From a virus, in IMG/VR virus record IMGVR_UViG_3300035703_000046, positions 27,315-91,314 of that record: a stretch of DNA of 64,000 nucleotides; one strand, given 5' to 3'. Each line of letters opens with the position of its first letter. Position 1 is the stretch's first letter. This document shows, in pieces, positions 20,180-28,828 of the stretch. The notes under the pieces were generated by a model. The model was not told the DNA's origin. It did not search any database and saw nothing but the letters and a program-made list of their open reading frames with translations. Made by a program: the position numbers and the translations under genes.

Positions 20180-21106
20180 TTAGTAATTAAAACTGCTATC
20201 AGATTTTAAAAAACTATAATAGTTTCTACCTCTTTGCCACGAATCAAAATAAGAAGAAGGGGGATTAAGAGGATCTAGCCATATTTTTAAATTTTCTAAC
20301 TTAATAGAATTATTAAAATAATCAATTTTTTCAGAGAGTTCTGATAAATTATTTTTTATAGAATTTAATTCTAATCTTTTTAGATTATTTTTTTCTTTAT
20401 GAGCACATATAAATCCGCCAATAAAAGCATCATTTGGAACCGCAGCTGTAATATCAAACTGTAAAATTGGCTTTATGCCAGCATTGCTAAATACTATTAA
20501 GTTTTGATTTTGATTTCTTTTTTTGAAATTTTCAATTAAAAAATTGACGCTATTATTATTAATAATAATATTTTTTAAATCAAACCATTGCAAAGAGGTC
20601 TCAGAGCTATGATTTGAAATATCCCAGTTATCAGGTCTAATTAAAAAATACTCTTCAGCGCCAAGGCTTTTAAGACCAAGTAATTCATTTTGAAATCGCA
20701 AGTCATCGCAAACAAAATTAACGCCAGGACTATTTTGAATTTCTAATAGTGTCTTTTTAACATGAAAATCTGTATCGTGCGCTCGTAAAACATCCGTCCC
20801 AACAAATTGCAACAATTTTCTAGGAGTCTCTATAAAAATTTCTTCTTTAAGAAGATAAGTTACGTCTTCTTTAATATAAGAAGATATTTTTTTATAAAAA
20901 TCAATATTTGTATAAATTTTTAAGCATTTAGTTTCTTTTAAAGTTTGATCGTAAAGATATTTTTTATCTATCAAAAAAACATCAGAAATTAAATTTTTTA
21001 AAAAATCTGCAAAAGATATTTTGACATATTTCTCACTTTCTATGAGAAACCTAGATAAAGTGGATTTCCCACTTCCTTTTCTTCCCGCTAAAGCCAAAAT
21101 AGTCAT
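20180..21106 (-). CDS. Deoxynucleoside monophosphate kinase with C-terminal extension
   Basis: GRKGSGKST, SFADFLK, TPRKLLQFVGTD, DDLRFQNE, HSSE. Confidence 0.88.
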   Translation of the reverse strand: MTILALAGRKGSGKSTLSRFLIESEKYVKISFADFLKNLISDVFLIDKKYLYDQTLKETKCLKIYTNIDFYKKISSYIKEDVTYLLKEEIFIETPRKLLQFVGTDVLRAHDTDFHVKKTLLEIQNSPGVNFVCDDLRFQNELLGLKSLGAEEYFLIRPDNWDISNHSSETSLQWFDLKNIIINNNSVNFLIENFKKRNQNQNLIVFSNAGIKPILQFDITAAVPNDAFIGGFICAHKEKNNLKRLELNSIKNNLSELSEKIDYFNNSIKLENLKIWLDPLNPPSSYFDSWQRGRNYYSFLKSDSSFNY

Positions 21107-23271
21107 ACCGCTATTACCTCTGCCGTTGATCCAAGAGAGCCTTCATTATTAACTACTATAGCATGATTAAACTTTTCTTTTAGTTTATCCTTGTGAGTAA
21201 TTACTAAAACCTTATAAGTCTTCTCTAGCTCTTTAATTATTGAAATAAATGCAGAAGAAGAAGCCTCATCTAAACGCTCATCAATCTCATCAAAACACAA
21301 AAGCTTAAACTTGGGAACCCCATTTTCCACAGTATCTTTGAGACCCATTTTTAACGCCCATCTAATTACAAATTCTTGACCGCCAGAAAGCTCTGAAGAA
21401 TCTAGCTCTAAAGAATTTTCAAAGAATTTAATATCAAAAGTATCTTCTTCTTTGCCCTTTTTATCTTTAGAAATAATAAATTGAACTTCTAGCCCAGGCT
21501 TAATTTTATTAAGCCAAGAATTAGTATTTATCTGAAAAGCATCTAAAATATTATAGATGATTCTATTAGGGACTCCTGTAGGAGAAAATCCTTGTAGAAC
21601 AATTTGATAAGTTTCAATCTCTTCTTCTAAGAGAGATTTTTGAATACTAAAAGAATTATATTTTTCAATATTTTTTTCGTTTGTATCTAATTTGTCTTTT
21701 AGAATAGCTAAATTGTTATTTCCGATTAATATACTATTGTCTATTTTTTCAATAACAATTTTAACATTTTCAAATTCTGATTTTAAAGATTTTAGTTTAG
21801 AAGAAGTGTTTTCATCAGTCTGCTTATCTAATTTTTCAGATAAATTCTTTTGTTTTTCTAAATTTAATTTTAGAGTATTATTCAAAGAATGCAAATCAGA
21901 CTCTATCATTTTGATAAATTCTTCCACAGAGGATTTGCTTTGAATTAAGGACTGCTCTTTTTCTTTAAGAATTTTTTCTTTTTGCTCTAAATCTAATATT
22001 ACTTTAGTTCTTTCATCGTTTTTTAATATTTTATTATTAATATCCATTTTTTTGTTTTGAATATTTTCTAAGACAGAAGAATATTTTTTATTTTCTTCTG
22101 TAATTAAAGATATTTCTTGCAAGACTTTATGATTATGAGATTCTTTATACTCTTCAGTTATGGACTGAAAGCATTCTGGACATACTTCATCTTGCGGTAT
22201 TGGAGATTTTAACTTAGAAAGTTTAGAATTATTATTTAATACTAGGGCTTTAATGTTTGTTTCTTCTTTTGTTAAATCCTGTAATTTTTCTTTAAGCTCT
22301 ACTTTGTCATATGTTGGCAAAGCTAGCGCCTCTTTTAATTTTAGAGAATTATCTTCGCAAGAATTTTTATTTAAAGAAATATCTTTAATAATTTTATTTT
22401 TTTCAATATCTTTTTTGTCTTTGTTGTCATTCAGTGATTTAATTTTTAAATTAATTAAATCATGCTCTGACTCTAATTCTTTAGACTGTTTGAGTAACAA
22501 TTCTGAAGATTTATCTAAAGACGATTCTAAAACATTAATTTCTTGCTGAAAACCATTTAACTGTTCAATTTTAGAAGTTTTTTCTAAAAATTTATCATCT
22601 AAAATTGATTGAGTAATTTTTATTTTTTCTAGTAAAGAATTTTTTTGCTGAATAGGATCTTCAAGTGATTCAATTTTGGCATTTACTACACTTATTTCTT
22701 TATTTTTTTCAGAAATATATTCTTTTGTTTTTTGCTCTAGTTTAGAATAGATAGAAAGTAATAAAGCGTTTTTAATAATTTCTAATCTTTCTTTTGGATT
22801 TTTAGCTGATAGAAATCCGTGCAAATGATCTTTTTGACTAAAAAGATAAATATTATGAAAAGCATTATCATTTAATGATAATAGCTTTGAAATTTCCAAA
22901 TCTATATTTGTATTTGTATTGCTGCTTTTTGAAATCCATTCATCATTAACTTTTTGATAAAGTTCAAGGATAGAACTTCCCTTTGTCCTAGCTCTAAATA
23001 TTTTATATTCAATAGAGTCTGTTTCAAATTCAAATTCAACAGTACATTTTTTCTCTCCTCTTCGGATAACTCTATCTACCGTTGAAACATCATAGGTTCC
23101 AAATAAAGCGTATCGTATCGCCCTAAATATGGTAGATTTGCCCGCAGCGTTGGATAATGACAAGTCTCCATTGTGCTGACCTAAAACTAAAGCAGAATCA
23201 AATTTTGAAAAATCAATTTCCGCTTCTTTATAAGTCATAAAGTTTTTTATATTTAATTTTAATGGATTCAT
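21103..23271 (-). CDS. sbcC: SbcC/Rad50-like (T4 gp46) SMC ATPase
   Basis: NAAGKST Walker A, CPEC zinc hook, LSGGQ signature, LCFDEIDERLD Walker B/D-loop, VITH. Confidence 0.93.
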   Translation of the reverse strand: MNPLKLNIKNFMTYKEAEIDFSKFDSALVLGQHNGDLSLSNAAGKSTIFRAIRYALFGTYDVSTVDRVIRRGEKKCTVEFEFETDSIEYKIFRARTKGSSILELYQKVNDEWISKSSNTNTNIDLEISKLLSLNDNAFHNIYLFSQKDHLHGFLSAKNPKERLEIIKNALLLSIYSKLEQKTKEYISEKNKEISVVNAKIESLEDPIQQKNSLLEKIKITQSILDDKFLEKTSKIEQLNGFQQEINVLESSLDKSSELLLKQSKELESEHDLINLKIKSLNDNKDKKDIEKNKIIKDISLNKNSCEDNSLKLKEALALPTYDKVELKEKLQDLTKEETNIKALVLNNNSKLSKLKSPIPQDEVCPECFQSITEEYKESHNHKVLQEISLITEENKKYSSVLENIQNKKMDINNKILKNDERTKVILDLEQKEKILKEKEQSLIQSKSSVEEFIKMIESDLHSLNNTLKLNLEKQKNLSEKLDKQTDENTSSKLKSLKSEFENVKIVIEKIDNSILIGNNNLAILKDKLDTNEKNIEKYNSFSIQKSLLEEEIETYQIVLQGFSPTGVPNRIIYNILDAFQINTNSWLNKIKPGLEVQFIISKDKKGKEEDTFDIKFFENSLELDSSELSGGQEFVIRWALKMGLKDTVENGVPKFKLLCFDEIDERLDEASSSAFISIIKELEKTYKVLVITHKDKLKEKFNHAIVVNNEGSLGSTAEVIAV

Positions 23272-24443
23272 TTAGATAAAACCTCGTCAATGATATTATT
23301 TGCCATATCTAATATTTTAGGCTGCTTTATTTCGCTGATTTCTCTGGATTCCAACCAATCTTTAAATGCATCTTTGGGTGACATTGAAGCGTTTAAATTA
23401 TTTCTTTTATCCGTAGATACTACAGACTTTGCGCGAGACTCTGTAATTCCAGTCAGATTATGAAGAGAGTATTTTTCTAAAGTTTTACTTATTACTTTGT
23501 TATCTATTTTTTGCTTAGGATCTTCAAATTTAATTTCTAAATTAAGAATTGAGTCATATAAAGTGCGTTTAGACTCTTCGACTTCAAGTATGTTAAGCAA
23601 ATATTGAGTCGGTTCAACTGATTCTGGAATAATAATTTCTATTTTTCTCAAGGGGCGAGTAGGAACGTCCAGCTTAACAATTGAAAAATCTTTATTTGAA
23701 TCGTATAGATAAATGATTTTATCATGATTAGTCTCTCCAAAATCAGAGATGTCTAAAGATCCTACATGACCCACAAAGGGAGACTCGTTCATGACTTGAG
23801 GTTTATGTATATGCCCCATGAACGTTGCCGTAAATTTTTCTGAGAACATCTCTGCTGGACAATGCAACTCATTGTGAAGGTCGTCAATTTCATCTCCAAC
23901 ATACAAAGAGCCATCTAAAGTCAAATGACCAATGCATAAATGAGGAGAAGAAGTTTTCTCTGGAAGAAGATCGTTTAATATTTTAAGCGCATCTTGATTG
24001 CTCTGACAATTAAATGACTTTCTATCTCTAAAAGGAACAAATGTAATAAATCCATCCTCAATTTCCTGAGTAAGAATTTCAGAGTGAACTTTGCAGCCAG
24101 AAAGCTCAACAATATTAACTAAGTTTAATATACTATGGTATTCTGATCCGATTCTTTTAATGTCATGATTGCCTAAAACAATATGGACTTTAATATTATG
24201 AGAATCATAAGATTTTAAATATGAAAAAAATAATTGAATTAAAACATTATCAACATTATAATTTTCAAAAACGTCTCCAGTAAATACTACATGCTTAACA
24301 TCGTATTCAATGGCTTTAGATTGTACCCAATTCAAAAGTCTAAATTTATCTTCGTTCCTAGAATTTAGTTTTCCAGGTCCATAATTTTTGCCTATAGAAG
24401 TGCCTTTATCTAAATGAACGTCACCGATGATTAAAACTTTCAT
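23268..24443 (-). CDS. sbcD: SbcD/Mre11-like (T4 gp47) nuclease
   Basis: GDVH, TGDVF, GNHD, GH, MGHIHKPQ; coupled to sbcC. Confidence 0.93.
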   Translation of the reverse strand: MKVLIIGDVHLDKGTSIGKNYGPGKLNSRNEDKFRLLNWVQSKAIEYDVKHVVFTGDVFENYNVDNVLIQLFFSYLKSYDSHNIKVHIVLGNHDIKRIGSEYHSILNLVNIVELSGCKVHSEILTQEIEDGFITFVPFRDRKSFNCQSNQDALKILNDLLPEKTSSPHLCIGHLTLDGSLYVGDEIDDLHNELHCPAEMFSEKFTATFMGHIHKPQVMNESPFVGHVGSLDISDFGETNHDKIIYLYDSNKDFSIVKLDVPTRPLRKIEIIIPESVEPTQYLLNILEVEESKRTLYDSILNLEIKFEDPKQKIDNKVISKTLEKYSLHNLTGITESRAKSVVSTDKRNNLNASMSPKDAFKDWLESREISEIKQPKILDMANNIIDEVLSK

Positions 24444-25132
24444 GTTTCCTCAAATTCTTCAAATTTTCTTTTGCAGAAATCTAATCTCAATCTCAGGGCT
24501 TCTTCATCTAGACCATTATTTTTGAGTATGTTTTTAACATATAATTCAAAAACTGGAGCCACATTAGAAGCAAATTCAAATGCCTCGTCAGAAAAATTAT
24601 TTTTCTCTAAAAACAAATGATGAATCTTTGAAAATTCATCTAAATAGGGAAATATAATTTCATTATATGACTGCTGGGCTTCTTTTACAAGATCAGTAAT
24701 CTCGACATGACCTTTTTCTATTAGCTCTTTTGCAATGTCTATTGTCTGCTTGCCCTTTAAACATGCCAAAAATTGGCAAACTCCCCCTTTTCTAGAGCAA
24801 CCAAAACAATGAAATGTGTTTGTGGAAATATTAATATAAAAAGAGGGGCTAGAATCTCTATGATCCGGAAATGGACAAGAAATCTTATAAGCCCAATCAG
24901 GCTTATGAGTGGACTGTAAAATAATGTTTTGTTTTTTAACAGCAGTTAAGATATTAACTTTACTGTTAACATAGCTAATTAATTTATAATCCTCTTTGCA
25001 AGAATCTAAATATAATTTTAAGTAAGAAACATCTTCTATTCCAGAGACATCAAAAGGCTGTTCAAAGTTTGAATTATCCCCTGATGCAGGGCTGCTGCTT
25101 TCGGATCTGGGTCTACTTGATAAGATTTGCAT
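24440..25132 (-). CDS. Stand-alone primase-type CHC2 zinc-finger protein
   Basis: CPFPDHRDSSPSFYI...FHCFGCSRKGG, with no Toprim domain. Confidence 0.85.
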   Translation of the reverse strand: MQILSSRPRSESSSPASGDNSNFEQPFDVSGIEDVSYLKLYLDSCKEDYKLISYVNSKVNILTAVKKQNIILQSTHKPDWAYKISCPFPDHRDSSPSFYINISTNTFHCFGCSRKGGVCQFLACLKGKQTIDIAKELIEKGHVEITDLVKEAQQSYNEIIFPYLDEFSKIHHLFLEKNNFSDEAFEFASNVAPVFELYVKNILKNNGLDEEALRLRLDFCKRKFEEFEET

Positions 25133-25206
25133 AATCTAAGATATTCTGAATACTGCAATTTTTCTTCAGATATAAAATTAATTAATTCAGATTTGTTAAT
25201 TGTCAT
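25036..25206 (-). CDS. Small hypothetical protein (56 aa), not in the ORF track
   Basis: MTINKSELINFISEEKLQYSEYLRLCKSYQVDPDPKAAALHQGIIQTLNSLLMSLE; fills the gap and overlaps the CHC2 gene by 97 nt. Confidence 0.5.
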   Translation of the reverse strand: MTINKSELINFISEEKLQYSEYLRLCKSYQVDPDPKAAALHQGIIQTLNSLLMSLE

Positions 25207-25228
25207 TTATTTTCCAAATTAATTAATT

Positions 25229-25702
25229 TTATTCTTTTTTAGAATTTAAATTAATTTCTTTTAACTGATTAATGACATAATCCATCTCGTTTAATCGGTC
25301 TCTTACAATTAAGAGAGATTTAAAAAACAAGGTATCTAGTACTAAAGATCCTGCACCTTCAGACTCATTTGGATCATTATTAACAGCTGTAGCTAAGAAA
25401 AAAAGATCATTGCAAACTTGTTTTTCTACATCTTTTTGAATAACGCTTTTATTCGAAGATAAAGTCCTATCATGCAATAAAGATAAGAATTTTTGACCTA
25501 ATTCTAAAGCCTTTTTATTTCTATCAACCTTATCCGATATGGCGTCTTTGACTTTTTGTTCAAAGTCTTTTTTAGTGTCTGGCTTAGCGTTAAATCTTGA
25601 TTTGGCATTATTAATTTTTAAGCCACTTCTTGGATTAAACCCAGCTTCTTGTGATTGAGGTTCTTCCTGTTCTGTGTCTGGTTCTCCAAAAGCTTTTTTC
25701 AT
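25229..25702 (-). CDS. Hypothetical protein
   Basis: 157-aa ORF with GAGG SD. Confidence 0.65.
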   Translation of the reverse strand: MKKAFGEPDTEQEEPQSQEAGFNPRSGLKINNAKSRFNAKPDTKKDFEQKVKDAISDKVDRNKKALELGQKFLSLLHDRTLSSNKSVIQKDVEKQVCNDLFFLATAVNNDPNESEGAGSLVLDTLFFKSLLIVRDRLNEMDYVINQLKEINLNSKKE

Positions 25703-25759
25703 ATTGCCCTCTTAATTATTAAAATATATGTGCTGATGATCTATATCGAATTAGATGCT

Positions 25760-26137
25760 TTAATATATTTCGAATTCGTCATCATTGAATTCGTCATCAT
25801 AATCATCTAAGCTGTCGTCCTCGTCATCAGCCTCCTCTTCAATAACTTCGGGTTCGGAGATTTCATCTTCTTCCGGGAAATGATTAGGATCTTCAATTGT
25901 TGTAACAAACTTAGAAATATCTACATCCCTTGAGTTAATTAATTTTGACAACATATTAGCTTCATAATTTAAACAGTCAGAGCAAATCAAAGACTGATAA
26001 GAACGTAATGGGGAATCGCAAGCCATACAATATGACTCTCTGACAATCAGATGGTCAAACTCATCATCTTCGTCTGTGTCTGAAAAATCAGTCTCTACTT
26101 TTTCGAAAAGATAATCGTCATTTTTTATTTCGGTCAT
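25760..26137 (-). CDS. Acidic protein with CxxC..CxxC
   Basis: CMAC..CSDC flanked by D/E-rich tracts. Confidence 0.6.
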   Translation of the reverse strand: MTEIKNDDYLFEKVETDFSDTDEDDEFDHLIVRESYCMACDSPLRSYQSLICSDCLNYEANMLSKLINSRDVDISKFVTTIEDPNHFPEEDEISEPEVIEEEADDEDDSLDDYDDEFNDDEFEIY

Positions 26138-26152
26138 TTTTAAGCATTCTCC

Positions 26153-26548
26153 TTATTTTTGGATTAATTTTAAAATATTAGAAGAGGAATTATTTTTATC
26201 TAAAGAGCTTTCAATTTTTTCACTGGAAAGTTTTAATACAAGACCGCAAATTTTATGGTCTATTGCAAATTTTTGATAATTATTATATTTTCTTTCAACC
26301 CAAACTGGTGATAAAGGGCTTTCAAATTTTTGTCTAAATCTAGATAAAAAATTTCTTACAGCATTATAGTCATACAAGGGTTTGTCAAAAAGTTTACAAT
26401 TATCTAGATAATTCATAATTTCTTCATAAGAAAAATGCTTTTTATCAAAAGAAAAGATTTTGTTTTCTATCCCTGGACAGAAAACAAAATCATCATCTTT
26501 ATATCCGTAACAGCCCATGGCAATATGAATTTTATAATTTGAATTCAT
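26153..26548 (-). CDS. Hypothetical protein
   Basis: 131-aa ORF. Confidence 0.6.
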   Translation of the reverse strand: MNSNYKIHIAMGCYGYKDDDFVFCPGIENKIFSFDKKHFSYEEIMNYLDNCKLFDKPLYDYNAVRNFLSRFRQKFESPLSPVWVERKYNNYQKFAIDHKICGLVLKLSSEKIESSLDKNNSSSNILKLIQK

Positions 26549-26562
26549 GGGCTGCTAAATTT

Positions 26563-26892
26563 TCATTTGGTCACTGATTTACGGCTAATAACTAGCATTC
26601 CGTTATTTGTAGTTTCAACGTCAAAAGCATCTACACGAACTTCTCCGCCCAGACCATCACGTCTTACATTTAACTTATCTTCAATGAATGCAATGCTAGC
26701 TCCAGGTGCTCGCAAGCTAAGATGTAGCTTATCTGGAACAACGTCAATACGGGCAACCAATTCTTCAAGCGGCTTTGAAGTTAAGCCAAACATAGTAATT
26801 GGAGTTTTTTTAATTTGATCCCATAGAGTATCTGCTTCTGTGCGAGATGCTGTCTTTACAGATTCCGTTTTTGTTTCGTTTTTACTTGACAT
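26563..26892 (-). CDS. Hypothetical protein with N-terminal SVKTAS motif
   Basis: 109-aa ORF. Confidence 0.6.
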   Translation of the reverse strand: MSSKNETKTESVKTASRTEADTLWDQIKKTPITMFGLTSKPLEELVARIDVVPDKLHLSLRAPGASIAFIEDKLNVRRDGLGGEVRVDAFDVETTNNGMLVISRKSVTK

Positions 26893-27175
26893 AACTTACC
26901 TTTCTTAATTTTTCTTTAATTAAACTTCTTAATGGAGTTATTAAGACATCCCCTTCAACTATATCTTGAGTGCCATTAATTTCAATAATCCAAGAAGGAA
27001 GAAGGGTTACTACATCATCATAGCTACTATCATCTTGATGTGAAATTATTGAAAAATTAATGTTAAAAAATTCTTTTTTTAAAGAAGAAAACTTGTTAAT
27101 AAGTTTTTTGTTTTTTAAATTCTGACAAACTAAAATAATTTCATTTCTTATTTGAGATGACATTTTTAGCTTCAT
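26882..27175 (-). CDS. Hypothetical protein, possible thioredoxin-like fold
   Basis: 97-aa ORF; VTLLPSWII..NG resembles a thioredoxin cis-Pro loop, but there is no CxxC. Confidence 0.45.
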   Translation of the reverse strand: MKLKMSSQIRNEIILVCQNLKNKKLINKFSSLKKEFFNINFSIISHQDDSSYDDVVTLLPSWIIEINGTQDIVEGDVLITPLRSLIKEKLRKVSYVK

Positions 27176-27326
27176 CTTTTAAAGATTCATCTGCTGCGGC
27201 AATTTCATCTAATGAAACTAGATTCTTATCTATAAGGATCTTTTCAAGAGCCGCTACCCTCATAGCCATTTCAATAATTAAATTTTTAAATAAAACTAAA
27301 GATTCTTCTTTGCTTAATTCTGACAT
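27141..27326 (-). CDS. Small hypothetical protein
   Basis: 61-aa ORF with AAGGA SD. Confidence 0.55.
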   Translation of the reverse strand: MSELSKEESLVLFKNLIIEMAMRVAALEKILIDKNLVSLDEIAAADESLKDEAKNVISNKK

Positions 27327-27328
27327 AA

Positions 27329-27781
27329 TTATCCTTTTAAAATATCCGGTAGCACTACGCCATTTAAATGATCTATTTCATGTTGAATGCATACTGCTGG
27401 AAGCCCAGTTGCTATAAATTTTTTAGGAGAACCAAGAAAATTTTCAACTTTTATTTCTTGATACCTTTTAGTTCTTCCAGACATCCCAGGAAATGACAGG
27501 CACCCCTCTCCATCAAATATGGAGAGATCATATTTCTCAATAATATTTGGATTTACTAAATCTGCGTAAAAATAATTAGATCCTACTTTGATTCTAATTA
27601 TTGCCATTTTTTTAGCAATTCCAATTTGAGGACAAGCTAGCCCTATTCCTGGGAAGCCATTCTTTTCAGTTAATTTAAGAGCGCTTTCTAATAGATTTCG
27701 TAAATCATCGATTTCACTGGGTAGAACAGGCTCTGAATTTAAACCTAAATTTCGTACCTGTTCTTCATCCGTGAGAATCAT
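27329..27781 (-). CDS. def: Peptide deformylase
   Basis: GIGLACPQIG, EGCLS and QHEIDHLNG motifs. Confidence 0.96.
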   Translation of the reverse strand: MILTDEEQVRNLGLNSEPVLPSEIDDLRNLLESALKLTEKNGFPGIGLACPQIGIAKKMAIIRIKVGSNYFYADLVNPNIIEKYDLSIFDGEGCLSFPGMSGRTKRYQEIKVENFLGSPKKFIATGLPAVCIQHEIDHLNGVVLPDILKG

Positions 27782-28341
27782 GACTTCATCAAATTAAGAG
27801 TTAGCTCTTTGCCTTCCCAGGAAATTTCTCCATCAATTTTAAAAGAATTCTCTGGGAGATAACTCAAAAATTGTTCAAGCGTCTTGGTTCCGACTTCTTG
27901 ATGAGTAATTGCCCTTCCGGCAAAGAGTATTGCAACTTTCACTCTAAGATTATCTTGTAGAAATTTATTAGCTTGTTTTGCTTTAATTTCTAGATCGTGA
28001 TTTCCGGTTGTAGGCTTAAATTTAACTTCTTTAATTTTGATGGCAGATTCTCGCTGCTTACGATCTGCTTCTTTTTTCTTTTTAGAAGTTTCATATTTAA
28101 ACTTACTAAAATCCATAATTTTGCAAGTAGGAGGTCGATCTTTTGATGGTGGACTTAGCTGAACCAGATCAAGCCCTTGTTCTTGAGCGAGTTTTAGAGC
28201 ATCTTTTGTAATTAAAAGACCCAAATTTTGGTCATCTGAATTAATGCAGATGACTTTTGGAACACGAATATTAAAATTAATAAACCAACGGTCACGGTCA
28301 CGGTCACGGTCACGGTCAATGTTTGATTTCATAAAGTGAAT
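27778..28341 (-). CDS. infC: Translation initiation factor IF3 (probable ATT start at 28341; in-frame ATG at 28332)
   Basis: INFNIRVPKV, GLDLV, PPTCKIMDFSKFKYE, KEVKF, HDLEIK; TAGGAG SD 6 nt before an in-frame ATT. Confidence 0.95.
   Translation of the reverse strand: MHFMKSNIDRDRDRDRDRWFINFNIRVPKVICINSDDQNLGLLITKDALKLAQEQGLDLVQLSPPSKDRPPTCKIMDFSKFKYETSKKKKEADRKQRESAIKIKEVKFKPTTGNHDLEIKAKQANKFLQDNLRVKVAILFAGRAITHQEVGTKTLEQFLSYLPENSFKIDGEISWEGKELTLNLMKS
28288..28317. repeat. Perfect hexamer microsatellite (ACGGTC)x5 encoding (DR)5 in the IF3 N-terminus
   Basis: Read directly from the sequence. Confidence 0.95.
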
Positions 28342-28350
28342 GATATACTC

Positions 28351-28698
28351 CTATGCTAGGCTTTCTTTATTTGATTTAAATTTCTGCTGATCTTTAACGT
28401 AATCCTGTAATACAGGATGTGTAGAGTATAACTCTTCCAGACCCTGCTGTAAAGCCTCGACGACTTTCAAGTCTTGAATAAAATGATCCCCAAATCTGGC
28501 GTCCAAATATAATTGATCTTTTAGGGCTACATAAGTGGCTTCTGCCATCATGCAAGAATCTTGAAAGGATAGAGATTTTATCGCAAATTTATTGACAATA
28601 AAATAGCTATCCCCTTTCTTCAAAAGAAATTTATCCGATGAGCTATCGGTTTTCTTCTTCGCCAAAGATTTGGATGATTTCGACCCTTTTTTCTTCAT
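28351..28698 (-). CDS. Hypothetical protein (start uncertain)
   Basis: 115-aa ORF whose TAG stop forms part of the infC SD. Confidence 0.55.
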   Translation of the reverse strand: MKKKGSKSSKSLAKKKTDSSSDKFLLKKGDSYFIVNKFAIKSLSFQDSCMMAEATYVALKDQLYLDARFGDHFIQDLKVVEALQQGLEELYSTHPVLQDYVKDQQKFKSNKESLA

Positions 28699-28780
28699 CG
28701 GATTTCTTTTCTTTTTTAAACTTAATCGGACCTATTTCTTCCTCCAAATACAGATATTCTACCTTATATTTTTCAGTCAT
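28643..28780 (-). CDS. Small hypothetical protein (45 aa), not in the ORF track
   Basis: AGGAGGAG SD then ATG: MTEKYKVEYLYLEEEIGPIKFKKEKKSDEEKRVEIIQIFGEEENR. Confidence 0.6.
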   Translation of the reverse strand: MTEKYKVEYLYLEEEIGPIKFKKEKKSDEEKRVEIIQIFGEEENR

Positions 28781-28828
28781 AGCTCCTCCTAATATTTTAA
28801 TCTTTCACATATATGCCATTTAATTATA

